From an uncultured delta proteobacterium (GTDB lineage Bacteria; Desulfobacterota; WTBG01), in contig CAVVWZ010000028.1 of the NCBI GenBank assembly GCA_963752035.1, positions 7,738 through 71,737 on the forward strand: a stretch of 64,000 bases of DNA, written 5' to 3'. Under the pieces are notes generated by a model. That model had not been told where the DNA came from. It saw only the letters and a program-made list of their open reading frames with translations, and searched no databases. A program made the position numbers and the translations under genes. Shown one piece after another: positions 1-9,700 of the stretch. Each line of letters opens with the position of its first letter. Positions within the stretch are counted from its first letter, which is position 1.

Positions 1-328
1 AAGGAGAATCGCAGGAATAGGAAATATTTATGCTGATGAAATACTCTTTGAGGCAGGCATTCACCCTCTTAAACAGGCGTGTTCACTTAAGGGTACGGAG
101 CTTAAAGGCCTCCATCAGGCAATAGGCCTTGTCTTACGTGAAGCAATAGCCTGTAAGGGAGATACCTTTTCGGATTATCGCACCCTTTCCGGTGGTCAGG
201 GTACCTATCAGCATTTTCACCGGGTCTATCAAAGGGAGGGTGAGCCATGCAAAAGATGCAGGGGCTCAATTGTGCGGATCAAACTCTCTGGACGCAGTTG
301 CCATTTTTGTCCGAGCTGTCAGATATAG
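1..328 (+). CDS. mutM: formamidopyrimidine-DNA glycosylase, C-terminal part (5' end outside window)
   Basis: Frame 2 reads ..GIGNIYADEILFEAGIHP.. It ends in a C-x2-C-x16-C-x2-C zinc finger (CKRCRGS..CHFCPSCQI) followed by TAG at ~326-328. Too short/partial to appear in the ORF track. Confidence 0.85.
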   Translation, partial: RRIAGIGNIYADEILFEAGIHPLKQACSLKGTELKGLHQAIGLVLREAIACKGDTFSDYRTLSGGQGTYQHFHRVYQREGEPCKRCRGSIVRIKLSGRSCHFCPSCQI

Positions 329-364
329 TAGGTCCTCTGGTTTTAACCACCTCATCAATTTAAC

Positions 365-393
365 TTGACAAAAGTTTTATAACTAGCTATATA
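365..393 (+). promoter_or_regulatory. sigma-70-like promoter for the 425..1354 gene
   Basis: TTGACA, then a 17-nt spacer, then TATATA, ~30 nt upstream of SD GAGGGGG and the ATG at 425. Confidence 0.5.
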
Positions 394-424
394 CTAATAA
401 GTTTTAGATTGATGAGGGGGCCTG

Positions 425-1354
425 ATGCTAAAGAAATTCTTCCTGTTTTTCATTCCTGTAAGCTTGTTTTCGGTAATCCTGTTATCCGGAGTTTCAAGTT
501 GGGGAGCAGAGTCACTAACTCCAGTCCCACCTGCCTGTCCCACCTGTTGTGAAACATTAAAGCCCCATCCAGGCATCTCAGCAGATGATCTCATGAGAAT
601 TAAATATCATGTCAAGTACACCAAGTTTGCACAGGACTACAGGGGATATGGTTACTTTAAGTTCGGTCCTGCGGGTGGACCTGTGCGGTCACGATACTGG
701 AGCCGCTACCGCATCATTCTCAACGGGAAGAACACAGAGTTTGATTACAAGGATTTGATAACCCTTCTGGGACCGCAGATTGTGAAGGGGCTGTCAGTTT
801 TAAACTGGACATATCTCGACCCGGAGAAGGACCAGGAGGTCTGGGTTTGGCTCCCCAGCCTGAGAAAGGTGAGACGCATGTCACAGGCTGAAGAGGCTGA
901 CCCCTTCTGGGGTTCGGATTTTACTACAGAAGATGTATCCACCAGGAAGTGGGAGGATGAAACCTATACCATGGTGGGAGAGAAGAAATTCCCCGGTCAC
1001 TTTTCCTTTTTTACTGAAAAAATGTACTATGAAAATTCTGATTGTTATGTAATAGAAGGCAAGCCCAAAAAGAAGGATTGGTATTATTCAAAACGTCTTA
1101 TGTGGTTGAATAAAGACTTTGGCGGACTTATTTTTGATGAAGTTTTTGATAAAGACGGGAAAAAAAGCAAGACTTTTTTAAAGACCTATGAAATCAGAGA
1201 GAATGGCTGCATCCCTCAGATTTTTCTTGAGGGGGAAGATCAGATTACCCATCACAAAACCGTTATTGGCTTTGACAAGGAAGATGTAATTTTTAATACC
1301 GGTATGAGTGAAGGGTTCTTTTCACAGAAGACCCTCATGCGATCAAAGTGGTAG
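425..1354 (+). CDS. LolA-like outer-membrane lipoprotein-sorting family protein (secreted)
   Basis: 309 aa with an N-terminal signal peptide (MLKKFFLFFIPVSLFSVILLSGVSS). The core ..WVWLPSLRKVRRMSQAEEADPFWGSDFTTEDV.. is typical of the LolA-like/outer-membrane lipoprotein-sorting family. Confidence 0.65.
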   Translation: MLKKFFLFFIPVSLFSVILLSGVSSWGAESLTPVPPACPTCCETLKPHPGISADDLMRIKYHVKYTKFAQDYRGYGYFKFGPAGGPVRSRYWSRYRIILNGKNTEFDYKDLITLLGPQIVKGLSVLNWTYLDPEKDQEVWVWLPSLRKVRRMSQAEEADPFWGSDFTTEDVSTRKWEDETYTMVGEKKFPGHFSFFTEKMYYENSDCYVIEGKPKKKDWYYSKRLMWLNKDFGGLIFDEVFDKDGKKSKTFLKTYEIRENGCIPQIFLEGEDQITHHKTVIGFDKEDVIFNTGMSEGFFSQKTLMRSKW

Positions 1355-1389
1355 ACAGCAACGGTTATGCTTCAAAAGACTTCCGGATG

Positions 1390-2280
1390 CTATTCTCCCT
1401 CCGGCTCCTGCCGGGCTGATTTTGCACAGCGAAAACCTATTATGTGACTCTGGTGAACAGGTACATTTCTCGCCCGTTCAGCACACCTCAGCTGTTCTTC
1501 CTTGTTACTCCAGGCTCCACCCCGATAAACACGATAGAGGCCACTCTCCGGCCCCTGCGGGTTTTTTTCGGGGCTCTCTTTGTAGTAGGCTTGACCATAC
1601 CAGTCAGCACACCACTCCCAGACATTTCCAGCACTATCATAGAGGTTAAAAGCATTCGGGGGAAAGGTTCCGGTAGGCTTCAGCTGGTTTTCAACTGTGA
1701 TGCTGGTAAAATGGTTGGCGTCGTGCTTAGTAATCCGATCTCCCCAGGGGTAGCGTTTCTTCACCAGCCCTCCCCGTGCAGCTTTTTCCCATTCTGCCTC
1801 TGTGGGAAGGCGTTTACCCGCCCAGGTGGCATAGGCAACTGCATCCTCCCAGCTCACAAGAACCACGGGAAAGTCGGCTTTTCCCGGTGGATAGTTATGA
1901 TCTTTCCAGTTGTAGGGTTGAGCCCACTCGGTGTTGACCTGAGGCGCACGGTGGCCGGTTTCATCAATAAACTGTTTATACATCAGGTTGGTCACTTCAT
2001 AACAGTCAATCCAAAAGTCATCGAGGTATACCCGATGACCGGGCATTTCATCATAGTGATTGCTGCTTTTATCTGTACTACCCATAAAAAAATCACCAGC
2101 AGGGATGAGGACCATCAAGGCACCATCCTTACCCGTATCAGAGGAAAGGCGGCAGGTGGTTTCGGGAATTTCACCGGAGGAAGTTTTCCCTGTAAGGGAT
2201 GTAGGGTTTTGAAGATAGAGGGCTGTTAAAGCCACGGTAATCAGGAGTAGTAACAGGACAATGAAGACTCGTTTACTCAT
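1390..2280 (-). CDS. formylglycine-generating enzyme (FGE/SUMF1) family protein with N-terminal membrane anchor
   Basis: FGE-sulfatase domain motifs: GDFFMGS, YLDDFWIDCYEVTN, RLPTEAEWEKAARGG, GNVWEWCADWY, RVYRGGAW, GFRCA. Start moved to MSKRVF.. (SD GGAGA upstream), which leaves a hydrophobic N-terminus. Confidence 0.85.
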   Translation of the reverse strand: MSKRVFIVLLLLLITVALTALYLQNPTSLTGKTSSGEIPETTCRLSSDTGKDGALMVLIPAGDFFMGSTDKSSNHYDEMPGHRVYLDDFWIDCYEVTNLMYKQFIDETGHRAPQVNTEWAQPYNWKDHNYPPGKADFPVVLVSWEDAVAYATWAGKRLPTEAEWEKAARGGLVKKRYPWGDRITKHDANHFTSITVENQLKPTGTFPPNAFNLYDSAGNVWEWCADWYGQAYYKESPEKNPQGPESGLYRVYRGGAWSNKEEQLRCAERARNVPVHQSHIIGFRCAKSARQEPEGE

Positions 2281-2303
2281 TTTTCCTATCTCCAATAGAA
2301 AAA

Positions 2304-3449
2304 TCAATTAGAAGACTTCTTGCGCTTAAAGAGGTTGAGCAGGAAACCATCCTTTAAATCTACAGCACCATTGGGGCACACCTCCATGCAGCACAGACAC
2401 TGGATGCACTCCTGTCTGGTAATTTCAAAGCCGCTTTCACTGGAGGATATGCAGTGGACAGGGCAGGCCTTATAACAGTTACCACACTGCAGGCATTTGT
2501 TTTTATCTATAAACGGGCTTGTGGTAAGGGGACCTTTAAGAATCCTCATGAGTATTCTGCGCAGGAGGGCGGGTTGGGTCAGCAGGGGAGGAAGGATGAA
2601 ATTATCCGGCGCCGCCGCAGTGACCGGTAGGCCTTTTAAAACAATGTTATCAAGACTGGCAGTTCCGTATCCTTCGTTTAAGGCTATATGGAGAACGGGA
2701 TAGTGTTCCGGAGGCACCCCGATTAATTTTGCAATAACCGCATCAACTGCAACTGCCTCGGTACCCGAAATGATAAGCCCCAGGTCCTTGGGATTTCCGA
2801 ATCCCGGACCTTTACCTTCCATGGCAACAATCCCGTCAACGATAGAAAGAGCCGGCTTAATGAGGGTACAAAGGTCAAGTAACATCCGTGCAAAACAGGT
2901 ATGTCCCTGCTCAGCGGTTTTTACATGCCACTGGGCTTTACGTGCCCCCGGAATACAGCCAAAGATGTTTTTTACCGCGAGGGTAAGGTAGGTAAAGCTG
3001 TGGGTCTTAAGCTTGGGAAGGTTGATTATGGTATCGGCTTCAAGGACAGCCTTTCCAATTGTAAAATGTTTAAAAAGTTTTCCGGCGGGATGCTTAACCT
3101 CGACCGGTTCAAATTCAACGATTTCTATCCCCAACTCCCGGGCAACCTCAGCGATGCCACATTTTTCAGCGACCTTCAGGGCAGTTCCCATTTGGGGACT
3201 GTCCCCGATGACCGGTTTCGCACCTGCCGACATGACTAATTGGGCTACCGCCTTCAAAACTGCAGGATGGGTGTTGACACACTTCTCCGGTGTCCTGCCA
3301 ACGAGAAAATTCGGCTTGAGCAGCACACGGTCTCCGGGGGATATGAAGGAGTCTAATCCACCGAGCAGGGCTATTCCTTCTTCGACCTTCTTAAGAACCT
3401 TTTCATGCTGGTAATCTTCACACCGGACAATGGATACGGTTTCACTCAT
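2304..3449 (-). CDS. DUF362 domain protein with C-terminal 2x[4Fe-4S] ferredoxin domain
   Basis: 381 aa with DUF362-like N-terminal two-thirds. The C-terminus has two CxxCxxCxxxCP clusters (CLQCGNCYKACP, CIQCLCCMEVCP). Confidence 0.8.
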   Translation of the reverse strand: MSETVSIVRCEDYQHEKVLKKVEEGIALLGGLDSFISPGDRVLLKPNFLVGRTPEKCVNTHPAVLKAVAQLVMSAGAKPVIGDSPQMGTALKVAEKCGIAEVARELGIEIVEFEPVEVKHPAGKLFKHFTIGKAVLEADTIINLPKLKTHSFTYLTLAVKNIFGCIPGARKAQWHVKTAEQGHTCFARMLLDLCTLIKPALSIVDGIVAMEGKGPGFGNPKDLGLIISGTEAVAVDAVIAKLIGVPPEHYPVLHIALNEGYGTASLDNIVLKGLPVTAAAPDNFILPPLLTQPALLRRILMRILKGPLTTSPFIDKNKCLQCGNCYKACPVHCISSSESGFEITRQECIQCLCCMEVCPNGAVDLKDGFLLNLFKRKKSSN

Positions 3450-3514
3450 GAGCAGTGCCTTTCATGCTGTGGTGTGCCCAGGTAACTGTCTGCAGGAAAA
3501 CTCCTTTAGAACTT

Positions 3515-4072
3515 TTAAGACTTGATTGTTTTTTCAAGGAATTTGATGAAGTAGATAAGACCTGTCCAGAGGGTAATCATTATTGCTATCCAGAGGGTGA
3601 TCATGCCGACAAGGTGAAAATTGATAGTCCAATAGGTATAGTGAATGATCAGGCATCCAATGGCAAAGAGTTGGAATGCCGTCTTGTATTTGGCCAATTT
3701 GCTTGACTCGATAATTATCCCTTCACGGGCAACCGCAATGCGTAAGCCGGTCACTGCTACCTCTCTGGCAACAATGATAACAACCATCCAGGCAGGTACC
3801 CTGTTGAGGGAAAGGAGCATAATCAGGGTGATGCATACCAGGATCTTATCAGCCAGGGGATCTAAGAATTTTCCTAACGTAGTGATGATGTTCTGCTTTC
3901 GAGCGACGTAACCGTCCAGCCAATCCGTAAATGCTGCAAGACCAAAGATAATCGCAGCAATGAGAGAGGAGGTTTTGCTGGTGGAATAGAGAAAAATTAC
4001 CATCAGCAGAGGAACAATAAAAATCCTCGTAAGGGTTATATTATTAGCAAGATTAAAAATGCGTTTCGCCAT
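3515..4072 (-). CDS. pgsA: CDP-diacylglycerol--glycerol-3-phosphate 3-phosphatidyltransferase
   Basis: CDP-alcohol phosphatidyltransferase motif DWLDGYVARKQNIITTLGKFLDPLADK. Multi-TM, 185 aa. Confidence 0.85.
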   Translation of the reverse strand: MAKRIFNLANNITLTRIFIVPLLMVIFLYSTSKTSSLIAAIIFGLAAFTDWLDGYVARKQNIITTLGKFLDPLADKILVCITLIMLLSLNRVPAWMVVIIVAREVAVTGLRIAVAREGIIIESSKLAKYKTAFQLFAIGCLIIHYTYWTINFHLVGMITLWIAIMITLWTGLIYFIKFLEKTIKS

Positions 4073-4101
4073 GATTCAAACAACCTGATTCAGTGTGCTG
4101 G

Positions 4102-5658
4102 TCATTTATCCGGAGTACTTTTCTCTTCTATTCGAGGAAACAGAGGGGGTATTTTCTTGAGGGTTGTCCCTTCGACTAATTGCCCCCACTGCTGGGTGTT
4201 GGCAGTGCTCTGCTGGGATAAGGGCTGATCAATTCCGAGGGCCTGCCACATTGCTTCTGCTGATGAAGGTATGAACGGTGATAGAAATAATGCAATAAAG
4301 CGTAACGATTCGAGCATAGAGTACATTACCGTAGCCAGTCTATCCTGCCTGCTGGTATCCCGGGCGAGTGACCACGGGGTAGTTTCATCTATGTACTTAT
4401 TGGTCATGCTTACCAATTTCCAGATGGCATCAAGTGATTTGTGTAAAGCAATCTCTTTCATGTGGGTGTCAAGCTCTTGAGTGATTTTCAGGGCTGTTTC
4501 CCGTAATTGTTCATCAATACCTTCAGGGGTGGATGGTTTCGGTACACGTCCCTCAAAGTACTTGAATGTCATGGCAAGTATGCGATTAAATAAATTGCCC
4601 AGATCGTTGGCCAGGTCGCTATTAATACGGTGAATGAGTGCTGTGTGAGAGAAATCACAGTCCAGTCCGAAGGTCCCTTCCCTCAGAAGAAAAAACCGGA
4701 TGGCATCTGTTCCGTATTTTTCAATCAACATATTGGGTTCCACCACGTTGCCTAGTGATTTTGACATTTTTTTCCCCTCTACGGTCCACCAACCATGGGC
4801 AAATACGGTTCGGGGAGGTGTAAGGCCCATAGCTTTAAGCATGGTTGGCCAATAAACGCTGTGGGTTGTGAGAATGTCTTTGCCAATGAGATGGACGGCA
4901 TTGTTCCACAGGGAGGAAAATGCAGCATTGTCTTTAAGATATCCTGGAATACTCACGTAGTTAATCAGGGCGTCGAACCACACATAGGTTACGTAGTCAC
5001 TGTCAAAAGGAAGAGGAATTCCCCAAGAGAGACGTTTGTGGGGACGTGAAATGCACAAATCTTCGAGTGGCTGTCTTAAAAATCCCAGTATCTCGTTTCG
5101 GCGGGTTTTGGGAAGGATAAAGTGATCGTGATCTTCAATATACTGTATGAGCCACTTGTGATAGGTGCTCATACGGAAAAAGTAATTGGACTCCTGTATC
5201 TGCTGAACCGGGCGCCCGCATTCAGGGCAGCATCCTTCACTGAGGTCCTTTTCTGTCCAGAACCGCTCATCGGGAACACAGTACCATCCTTCATAGCTCG
5301 TTTGATAGATGTCCCCTTTTTCGTAGAGTTGTGTGAGGATTTTTTGAACAACTGTTTTGTGCCGTTCTTCAGTGGTTCGTATGAAATCATCATTTGAAAT
5401 GTTAAACTTCTTCCAGAGGTCTTGAAAACGTACAACCATTTGGTCGCAGTGTTCTTGAGGGGAAATATTCCTTTCAAGGGCTGCTTCCTGCACTTTTTGA
5501 CCATGCTCATCGGTACCTGTCAAAAAGAAGACATTATAACCTGCCATACGGTAGTAGCGGGCTAAAACGTCGGCTGCTACAGTTGTGTAAGCATGACCGA
5601 TGTGAGGAATATCATTGACATAGTAGATTGGTGTTGTTACGAGGAAACTATCTTGCAT
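4102..5658 (-). CDS. metG: methionine--tRNA ligase (short form)
   Basis: 518 aa with class I motifs HIGH (PHIGHAYT) and KMSKS (KKMSKSLGN), plus a CPxC zinc knuckle (CCPECGRP). Confidence 0.95.
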   Translation of the reverse strand: MQDSFLVTTPIYYVNDIPHIGHAYTTVAADVLARYYRMAGYNVFFLTGTDEHGQKVQEAALERNISPQEHCDQMVVRFQDLWKKFNISNDDFIRTTEERHKTVVQKILTQLYEKGDIYQTSYEGWYCVPDERFWTEKDLSEGCCPECGRPVQQIQESNYFFRMSTYHKWLIQYIEDHDHFILPKTRRNEILGFLRQPLEDLCISRPHKRLSWGIPLPFDSDYVTYVWFDALINYVSIPGYLKDNAAFSSLWNNAVHLIGKDILTTHSVYWPTMLKAMGLTPPRTVFAHGWWTVEGKKMSKSLGNVVEPNMLIEKYGTDAIRFFLLREGTFGLDCDFSHTALIHRINSDLANDLGNLFNRILAMTFKYFEGRVPKPSTPEGIDEQLRETALKITQELDTHMKEIALHKSLDAIWKLVSMTNKYIDETTPWSLARDTSRQDRLATVMYSMLESLRFIALFLSPFIPSSAEAMWQALGIDQPLSQQSTANTQQWGQLVEGTTLKKIPPLFPRIEEKSTPDK

Positions 5659-5666
5659 ATACTATC

Positions 5667-6500
5667 CTATGGTTTATCTTTCTTTCCGTTTTTGAGTAGT
5701 CCTTCTCTTTTAAGGTCCTCAAGGGTCAGTTCTATTTCTTTACCACCGCCTTCAGGCCTGACCCATACTTTTTTTCGTAAAATATCCTGTTTTGTGACTT
5801 TACCTGTTGCAAGTTCTGTCGTTACTTTTTTCCCGCACTTGGGAAGTGTCTTTTTGCACTCACAATAGGTTTCATGTTCATATTCCAGGCAGCACATCAG
5901 TCTTCCGCACACCCCGGAGATTTTTGTCGGATCGAGAGATAGCCCCTGATCCTTGGCCATCCTGACGGTGATGGGATCAAAATCCTGCAGGAACAGGGAA
6001 CAGCACAGCTCTCTTCCGCAGCGTCCAAGTCCTCCTATCATTTTAGCACGGTTACGTGCGCCTATCTGTTTCATTTCCACACGGGCATGAAAATCAGAGG
6101 CCAATGTTTTTACCAGATTTCTAAAATCTACTCTTCCTTCAGCAGAAAAGTAACAAATGAACTTGTTGATATTGGGAATGTGTTCAACTCTAACAAGATT
6201 CATGGGAAGCCCCATCTCTTTAATCTTTGCCGTACAGGCTTGATGTGCCTCCTGTTCCTTGTGTTCTTTCCGTGATTCGTAATCAAGATCTGCATCGGTT
6301 ACCTTGCGTATGACCCTCGAATGATGTTTTTGAGAGGAAATCTCAGAATCACTTTCGGTCAGCTTAACAACAGTGCCCATCTTGAGGCCGTCTTCCCACT
6401 CAACCATCACCTTGTCACCTGTTGTCAAGTCAAGATCACGTGTATCGTAATCGGAAAGAGTACGTTCTTTAATGAGCCTGATCTTTGCAATATGTTTCAT
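5667..6500 (-). CDS. PSP1 domain protein (YaaT/RicT-like)
   Basis: 277 aa. Cys-rich PSP1 C-terminal region (GRCGRELCCSLFL.., GVCGRLMCCLEYE). Conserved position upstream of holB-tmk. Confidence 0.85.
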   Translation of the reverse strand: MKHIAKIRLIKERTLSDYDTRDLDLTTGDKVMVEWEDGLKMGTVVKLTESDSEISSQKHHSRVIRKVTDADLDYESRKEHKEQEAHQACTAKIKEMGLPMNLVRVEHIPNINKFICYFSAEGRVDFRNLVKTLASDFHARVEMKQIGARNRAKMIGGLGRCGRELCCSLFLQDFDPITVRMAKDQGLSLDPTKISGVCGRLMCCLEYEHETYCECKKTLPKCGKKVTTELATGKVTKQDILRKKVWVRPEGGGKEIELTLEDLKREGLLKNGKKDKP

Positions 6501-6532
6501 GTCTGTACTATCCTTTTCTCAACTGTGGTATT

Positions 6533-6577
6533 TGTCAAAAGCTAAACCACAGAAATTTAAATGCCTAAAATTATGGA
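6533..6577 (-). repeat. family-B intergenic repeat, short copy (B3), co-oriented with the PSP1 gene
   Basis: The reverse complement reads ccataattttaggcatttaaatttctgtggtttagcttttgac. It matches both ends of the 11281 and 31200 copies but lacks their internal taggca segment. It ends ~33 nt before the PSP1 ATG. Confidence 0.6.
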
Positions 6578-6605
6578 TTTAACAAACAAATTCAATCTTG
6601 TTTCT

Positions 6606-6735
6606 AACCGCAAAGACGCAAAGTGCGCTAAGACATCAAAAGTAAAAACACACTATTTAGCCTCGCATCATACTTATTTCTGTATATAATTCATCTTTAT
6701 TAGGTTTTCTCTGCGTTCTTTGCGTCTCTGCGGTG
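6606..6735. repeat. family-A MITE-like element, copy A1 (~130 bp with ~28-nt terminal inverted repeats)
   Basis: Left arm aaccgcaaagacgcaaagtgcgctaaga. The right arm tctctgcgttctttgcgtctctgcggtg is its near-perfect reverse complement. The AT-rich core is shared with copy A2. Confidence 0.75.
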
Positions 6736-6839
6736 CAAATAAATCTTGTTCCATCAATCCGAAATCTGCAATGAGGGACTCTGTGGTTTCATGGGTTCTA
6801 CTTTTCATGAAACTTTTGACAGTATTTCTGCTGCAAACA

Positions 6840-7817
6840 CTAATGGGAAAGCCTCAGAAGCATTGATTCTGTGGCGAGCCGTATGTTAACATTTTCCTGC
6901 ACAGCTGCCTGTGTCTCATTTACAATCTGCATCTTCTCAAAAAGAGTGATCCAGCCGGTGTGTGAGGAAACCGTTTTGGCTGAGGATACGAGATCTTTAT
7001 TGATAAAGTGCCGGGGATGATTTGTTACTTTCCCTACAGCGCAATCTCTCAACCACACCTTAAGCATATCAAGTTTTTCCAGCACCGTCTCTTTATCCTC
7101 ACCGATGAGTGGGGCACAATCCATAATAGCTGTAATAGAATCTTTTCTCACGTTATTAAGTGCTTCGATGAGAGTTTTACGCTCTGCAAGTGAATCATTT
7201 TCTGCCCATCCTAATGCTTTGCCAAGACTTCCCTCAGCCAAAGAAGCAATCAGCTGAATGTCATCAGGGATCTTTCCTCTCAGCTTTTCCTGAAGAAGTT
7301 CCATGATCAGCGATTCAGCGAGGGGCTTAAACATCAGTCTCTGACACCTCGATCTAATCGTAGATGGAACCCGGTATGGAATTGCGGTTAAGAGTACTAG
7401 AATGGTGTGGGGAGGTGGCTCTTCTAATGTTTTTAACAAACAGTTGGAAGATTGGATAGTCATACGGTCAGCACTGTCAATAATTACAATCTTATTGGTT
7501 CCCTCATAAACGGTGTAGGCAATTTGTTCCTGCATTTTTCTAATCTGACTAATCTTAATAGTGTCTCCCTCAGGTTTGATGACCAGAGTATCGGGATGGG
7601 TATCACTGGTTATCTGTTTGCAGGGAATACAGTTGTCACAAAAATTATCAGGAGAATTTGTGCAATGGAGAATTTTTGCCAGAGCACGTGCTGAAGTCAT
7701 TTTCCCAATGCCGGTAATGCCCGTAAAAAGATACGCATGGGCAAGGGTATTCCCCCTGGTTGCATTCTTAAGGATTTCTATCTGCTTGTCGTGACCCCTT
7801 ATAGCCTCTAATGACAT
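6840..7817 (-). CDS. holB: DNA polymerase III subunit delta'
   Basis: AAA+ clamp-loader fold: HAYLFTGITGIGK, zinc module C..C..C..C, SRC-type motif (STIRSRCQ). Start moved to MSLEAIRG.. (SD GAGGT). Confidence 0.85.
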   Translation of the reverse strand: MSLEAIRGHDKQIEILKNATRGNTLAHAYLFTGITGIGKMTSARALAKILHCTNSPDNFCDNCIPCKQITSDTHPDTLVIKPEGDTIKISQIRKMQEQIAYTVYEGTNKIVIIDSADRMTIQSSNCLLKTLEEPPPHTILVLLTAIPYRVPSTIRSRCQRLMFKPLAESLIMELLQEKLRGKIPDDIQLIASLAEGSLGKALGWAENDSLAERKTLIEALNNVRKDSITAIMDCAPLIGEDKETVLEKLDMLKVWLRDCAVGKVTNHPRHFINKDLVSSAKTVSSHTGWITLFEKMQIVNETQAAVQENVNIRLATESMLLRLSH

Positions 7818-7860
7818 TTCATAAACCTCAAATCCGAAGATCAAAATCCAAACTTACTTT

Positions 7861-8004
7861 TCACCGCAAAGACGCAAAGTACGCTAAGATTTAAAAAGTA
7901 AAAACAAACTCTCTATTCTTGATTTACACTTATTCCTGTATTTTCATTTTAATCTATTTATATTCTGCCTTTTGTTACTTTGCGCTCTCAGCGTCTCTGC
8001 GGTA
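7861..8004. repeat. family-A MITE-like element, copy A2
   Basis: Left arm tcaccgcaaagacgcaaagtacgctaaga and right arm ..ctttgcgctctcagcgtctctgcggta. The core (aagtaaaaaca..) aligns with A1. Confidence 0.7.
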
Positions 8005-8037
8005 AAAATAAATCTTGATTCAGCATCCGGTTCAGGG

Positions 8038-8688
8038 TTATCCGCTTTGCGCCTCTAGCTTTGTAAGAACAGCTGACCGTATTAATCCATGTACCGTAGA
8101 AGGGTTTTCTCTGCCATCAACAATGCAGAAACGAGTACTATCGTTCTCTGCAATGTCAAGATATCCTGACCTTACTGCTTGATGGAACTCTAAACACTTC
8201 TCTTCAAAGCGATCTTCACAAGGCCCTTCAAGAGTTTGGGCTATCCTGTCCTGTGCCCGTTTTAGCCCTATTTCTACCGGACAATCGATCAGGATGGTAA
8301 GATCTGGAATGAGAGTATCCGTCACGAACTGGTTGAGTAATACTATAAAATCTTTGCTCAGTTCCTGTGCATACCCCTGGTAGACAAGGGTGGCATCGGT
8401 AAATCTGTCACAGATAACCACATTTCCGTTCTGTAAAGATGGTTGTATTACATTTTTTACATGTTGAGCACGGGCGGCTTGATAGAGCAGGAGTTCAGTT
8501 TTTAGATCGATTTCGCTGTTGCAGGAATCGAGCAGGATACTTCTAATCTTATCGCCGATGGGAGTTCCTCCCGGCTCTCTGGTAGTAACTACCTTGAAAC
8601 CCCGACCTTCCAGAAATTCCTTAAGTAATTGAATTTGGGTGGTTTTACCACATCCCTCTATGCCCTCAAAGGTGATAAAGAAACTCAT
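8038..8688 (-). CDS. tmk: thymidylate kinase
   Basis: P-loop FITFEGIEGCGKTTQ, DRF motif (CDRFTDAT), 216 aa. Confidence 0.95.
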   Translation of the reverse strand: MSFFITFEGIEGCGKTTQIQLLKEFLEGRGFKVVTTREPGGTPIGDKIRSILLDSCNSEIDLKTELLLYQAARAQHVKNVIQPSLQNGNVVICDRFTDATLVYQGYAQELSKDFIVLLNQFVTDTLIPDLTILIDCPVEIGLKRAQDRIAQTLEGPCEDRFEEKCLEFHQAVRSGYLDIAENDSTRFCIVDGRENPSTVHGLIRSAVLTKLEAQSG

Positions 8689-8748
8689 AGATAATACCGT
8701 GGGTTAGCTGTGTTTGACTCTGGGAGCTGGTTGCCGCTGAAATCTTCA

Positions 8749-9297
8749 CTATCTGGAACCAAACTTCTCGTAGGAAACGAAATCATTGAGTGTTTTTCGT
8801 GAAGGTGGTTTTATGGTCCCATCAGGGTATCCAAGGGGGGTCATTTCAACCACCGTAACACCCTCAGGGACCTCCAGGAGGCGAGCCACTTCCTTTGCAT
8901 CAAAGAATCCTACATGTACGGTACCCAACCCACGTGCATGGGCAGCCAGGGTGAGACTGTGCATCGCCAGGGCAACATCAAACATACACCAGTCCCCCTT
9001 ATCGGTTGCCGGTTTACCCTTAAAATATCCTGACTTTCCCACCTGTGCACAGGCTACAATGACAATGGGTGCTTCACGCAGGGCAGAACATGCAGGATTT
9101 CCGGAAGGCATTGTTTCTGATAGTTTTTTTTTCGTGTCACTATCTTTAACGACAATTAATTCCCAGCACTGTGTGTTTGCCCAGGAAGGTGCCCAGCGGG
9201 CTGCTTCCAGTACCTCCGCTAAATCCATATCGGTTATAGCATCGGGCTTGTACTTCCTGATGCTTCTCCGTTCTTTTAGTGCTGTTATAACATCCAT
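8749..9297 (-). CDS. nitroreductase family protein
   Basis: N-terminal ..ALKERRSIRKY.. and the overall nitroreductase pattern. Start moved to MDVITALK.. with SD GAGGAGG 5 nt upstream. Confidence 0.8.
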   Translation of the reverse strand: MDVITALKERRSIRKYKPDAITDMDLAEVLEAARWAPSWANTQCWELIVVKDSDTKKKLSETMPSGNPACSALREAPIVIVACAQVGKSGYFKGKPATDKGDWCMFDVALAMHSLTLAAHARGLGTVHVGFFDAKEVARLLEVPEGVTVVEMTPLGYPDGTIKPPSRKTLNDFVSYEKFGSR

Positions 9298-9335
9298 GTA
9301 CACCTCCTCAATACCTGCAAAAAATTTGCAGATAC

Positions 9336-9500
9336 AAATCTCGAAATCGCAAAACGAAACGCCCAAAATCAACGCTCAAAATTCAAAACAGGTGTTTCAG
9401 TCATTTGAATTTTTGCCTGCCCGGTGAAATAAGCAGAAAATTTCATTAGGGTTATTTGAATTTGTTTCGTGCTTCGTGCTTAGGATTTCGGATTTTGCAT
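9336..9500. repeat. imperfect palindromic intergenic element
   Basis: The left half (..tcgaaatcgcaaaacgaaacg..aaattcaaa..) is an imperfect reverse complement of the right half (..tttgaatttgtttcgtgcttcgtgcttaggatttcgga..). The motif atccgaaatc recurs near 6746 and 7840. Confidence 0.4.
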
Positions 9501-9700
9501 CATTGGTTATCACCCACACAGTATCAAGGATCCCAAGGACTGTATGGAAGGAAAACTAATTAATTTTATTAGTGTTAAGTAACAAATCTACTGTTTTCTG
9601 TCAAGTTTCATATGGTAAAAAAGCTGATGTAAAAAATCCTTGACAGTTCAAAAGTCCCTATGTTACTTAGACTTCTAAGTATCAGTTGTTTAAGGGAATC

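Noticed and set aside
1444-2229. 261-aa plus-strand ORF.
   Set aside because: It is fully antisense to the FGE-family gene, whose motifs (RVYRGGAW, GFRCA, GNVWEWC) are unambiguous. It is a shadow ORF with no recognisable domain.
8786-9427. 213-aa plus-strand ORF.
   Set aside because: It is antisense to the nitroreductase gene and low-complexity (Ser/Ala/Pro-rich). No SD.
9373-9700. Possible cobalamin riboswitch upstream of the B12-binding mutase subunit.
   Set aside because: I found no B12-box-like (..gccactg..) core or matching helices by eye. The region is occupied by the palindromic repeat. This would need cmsearch to exclude formally.
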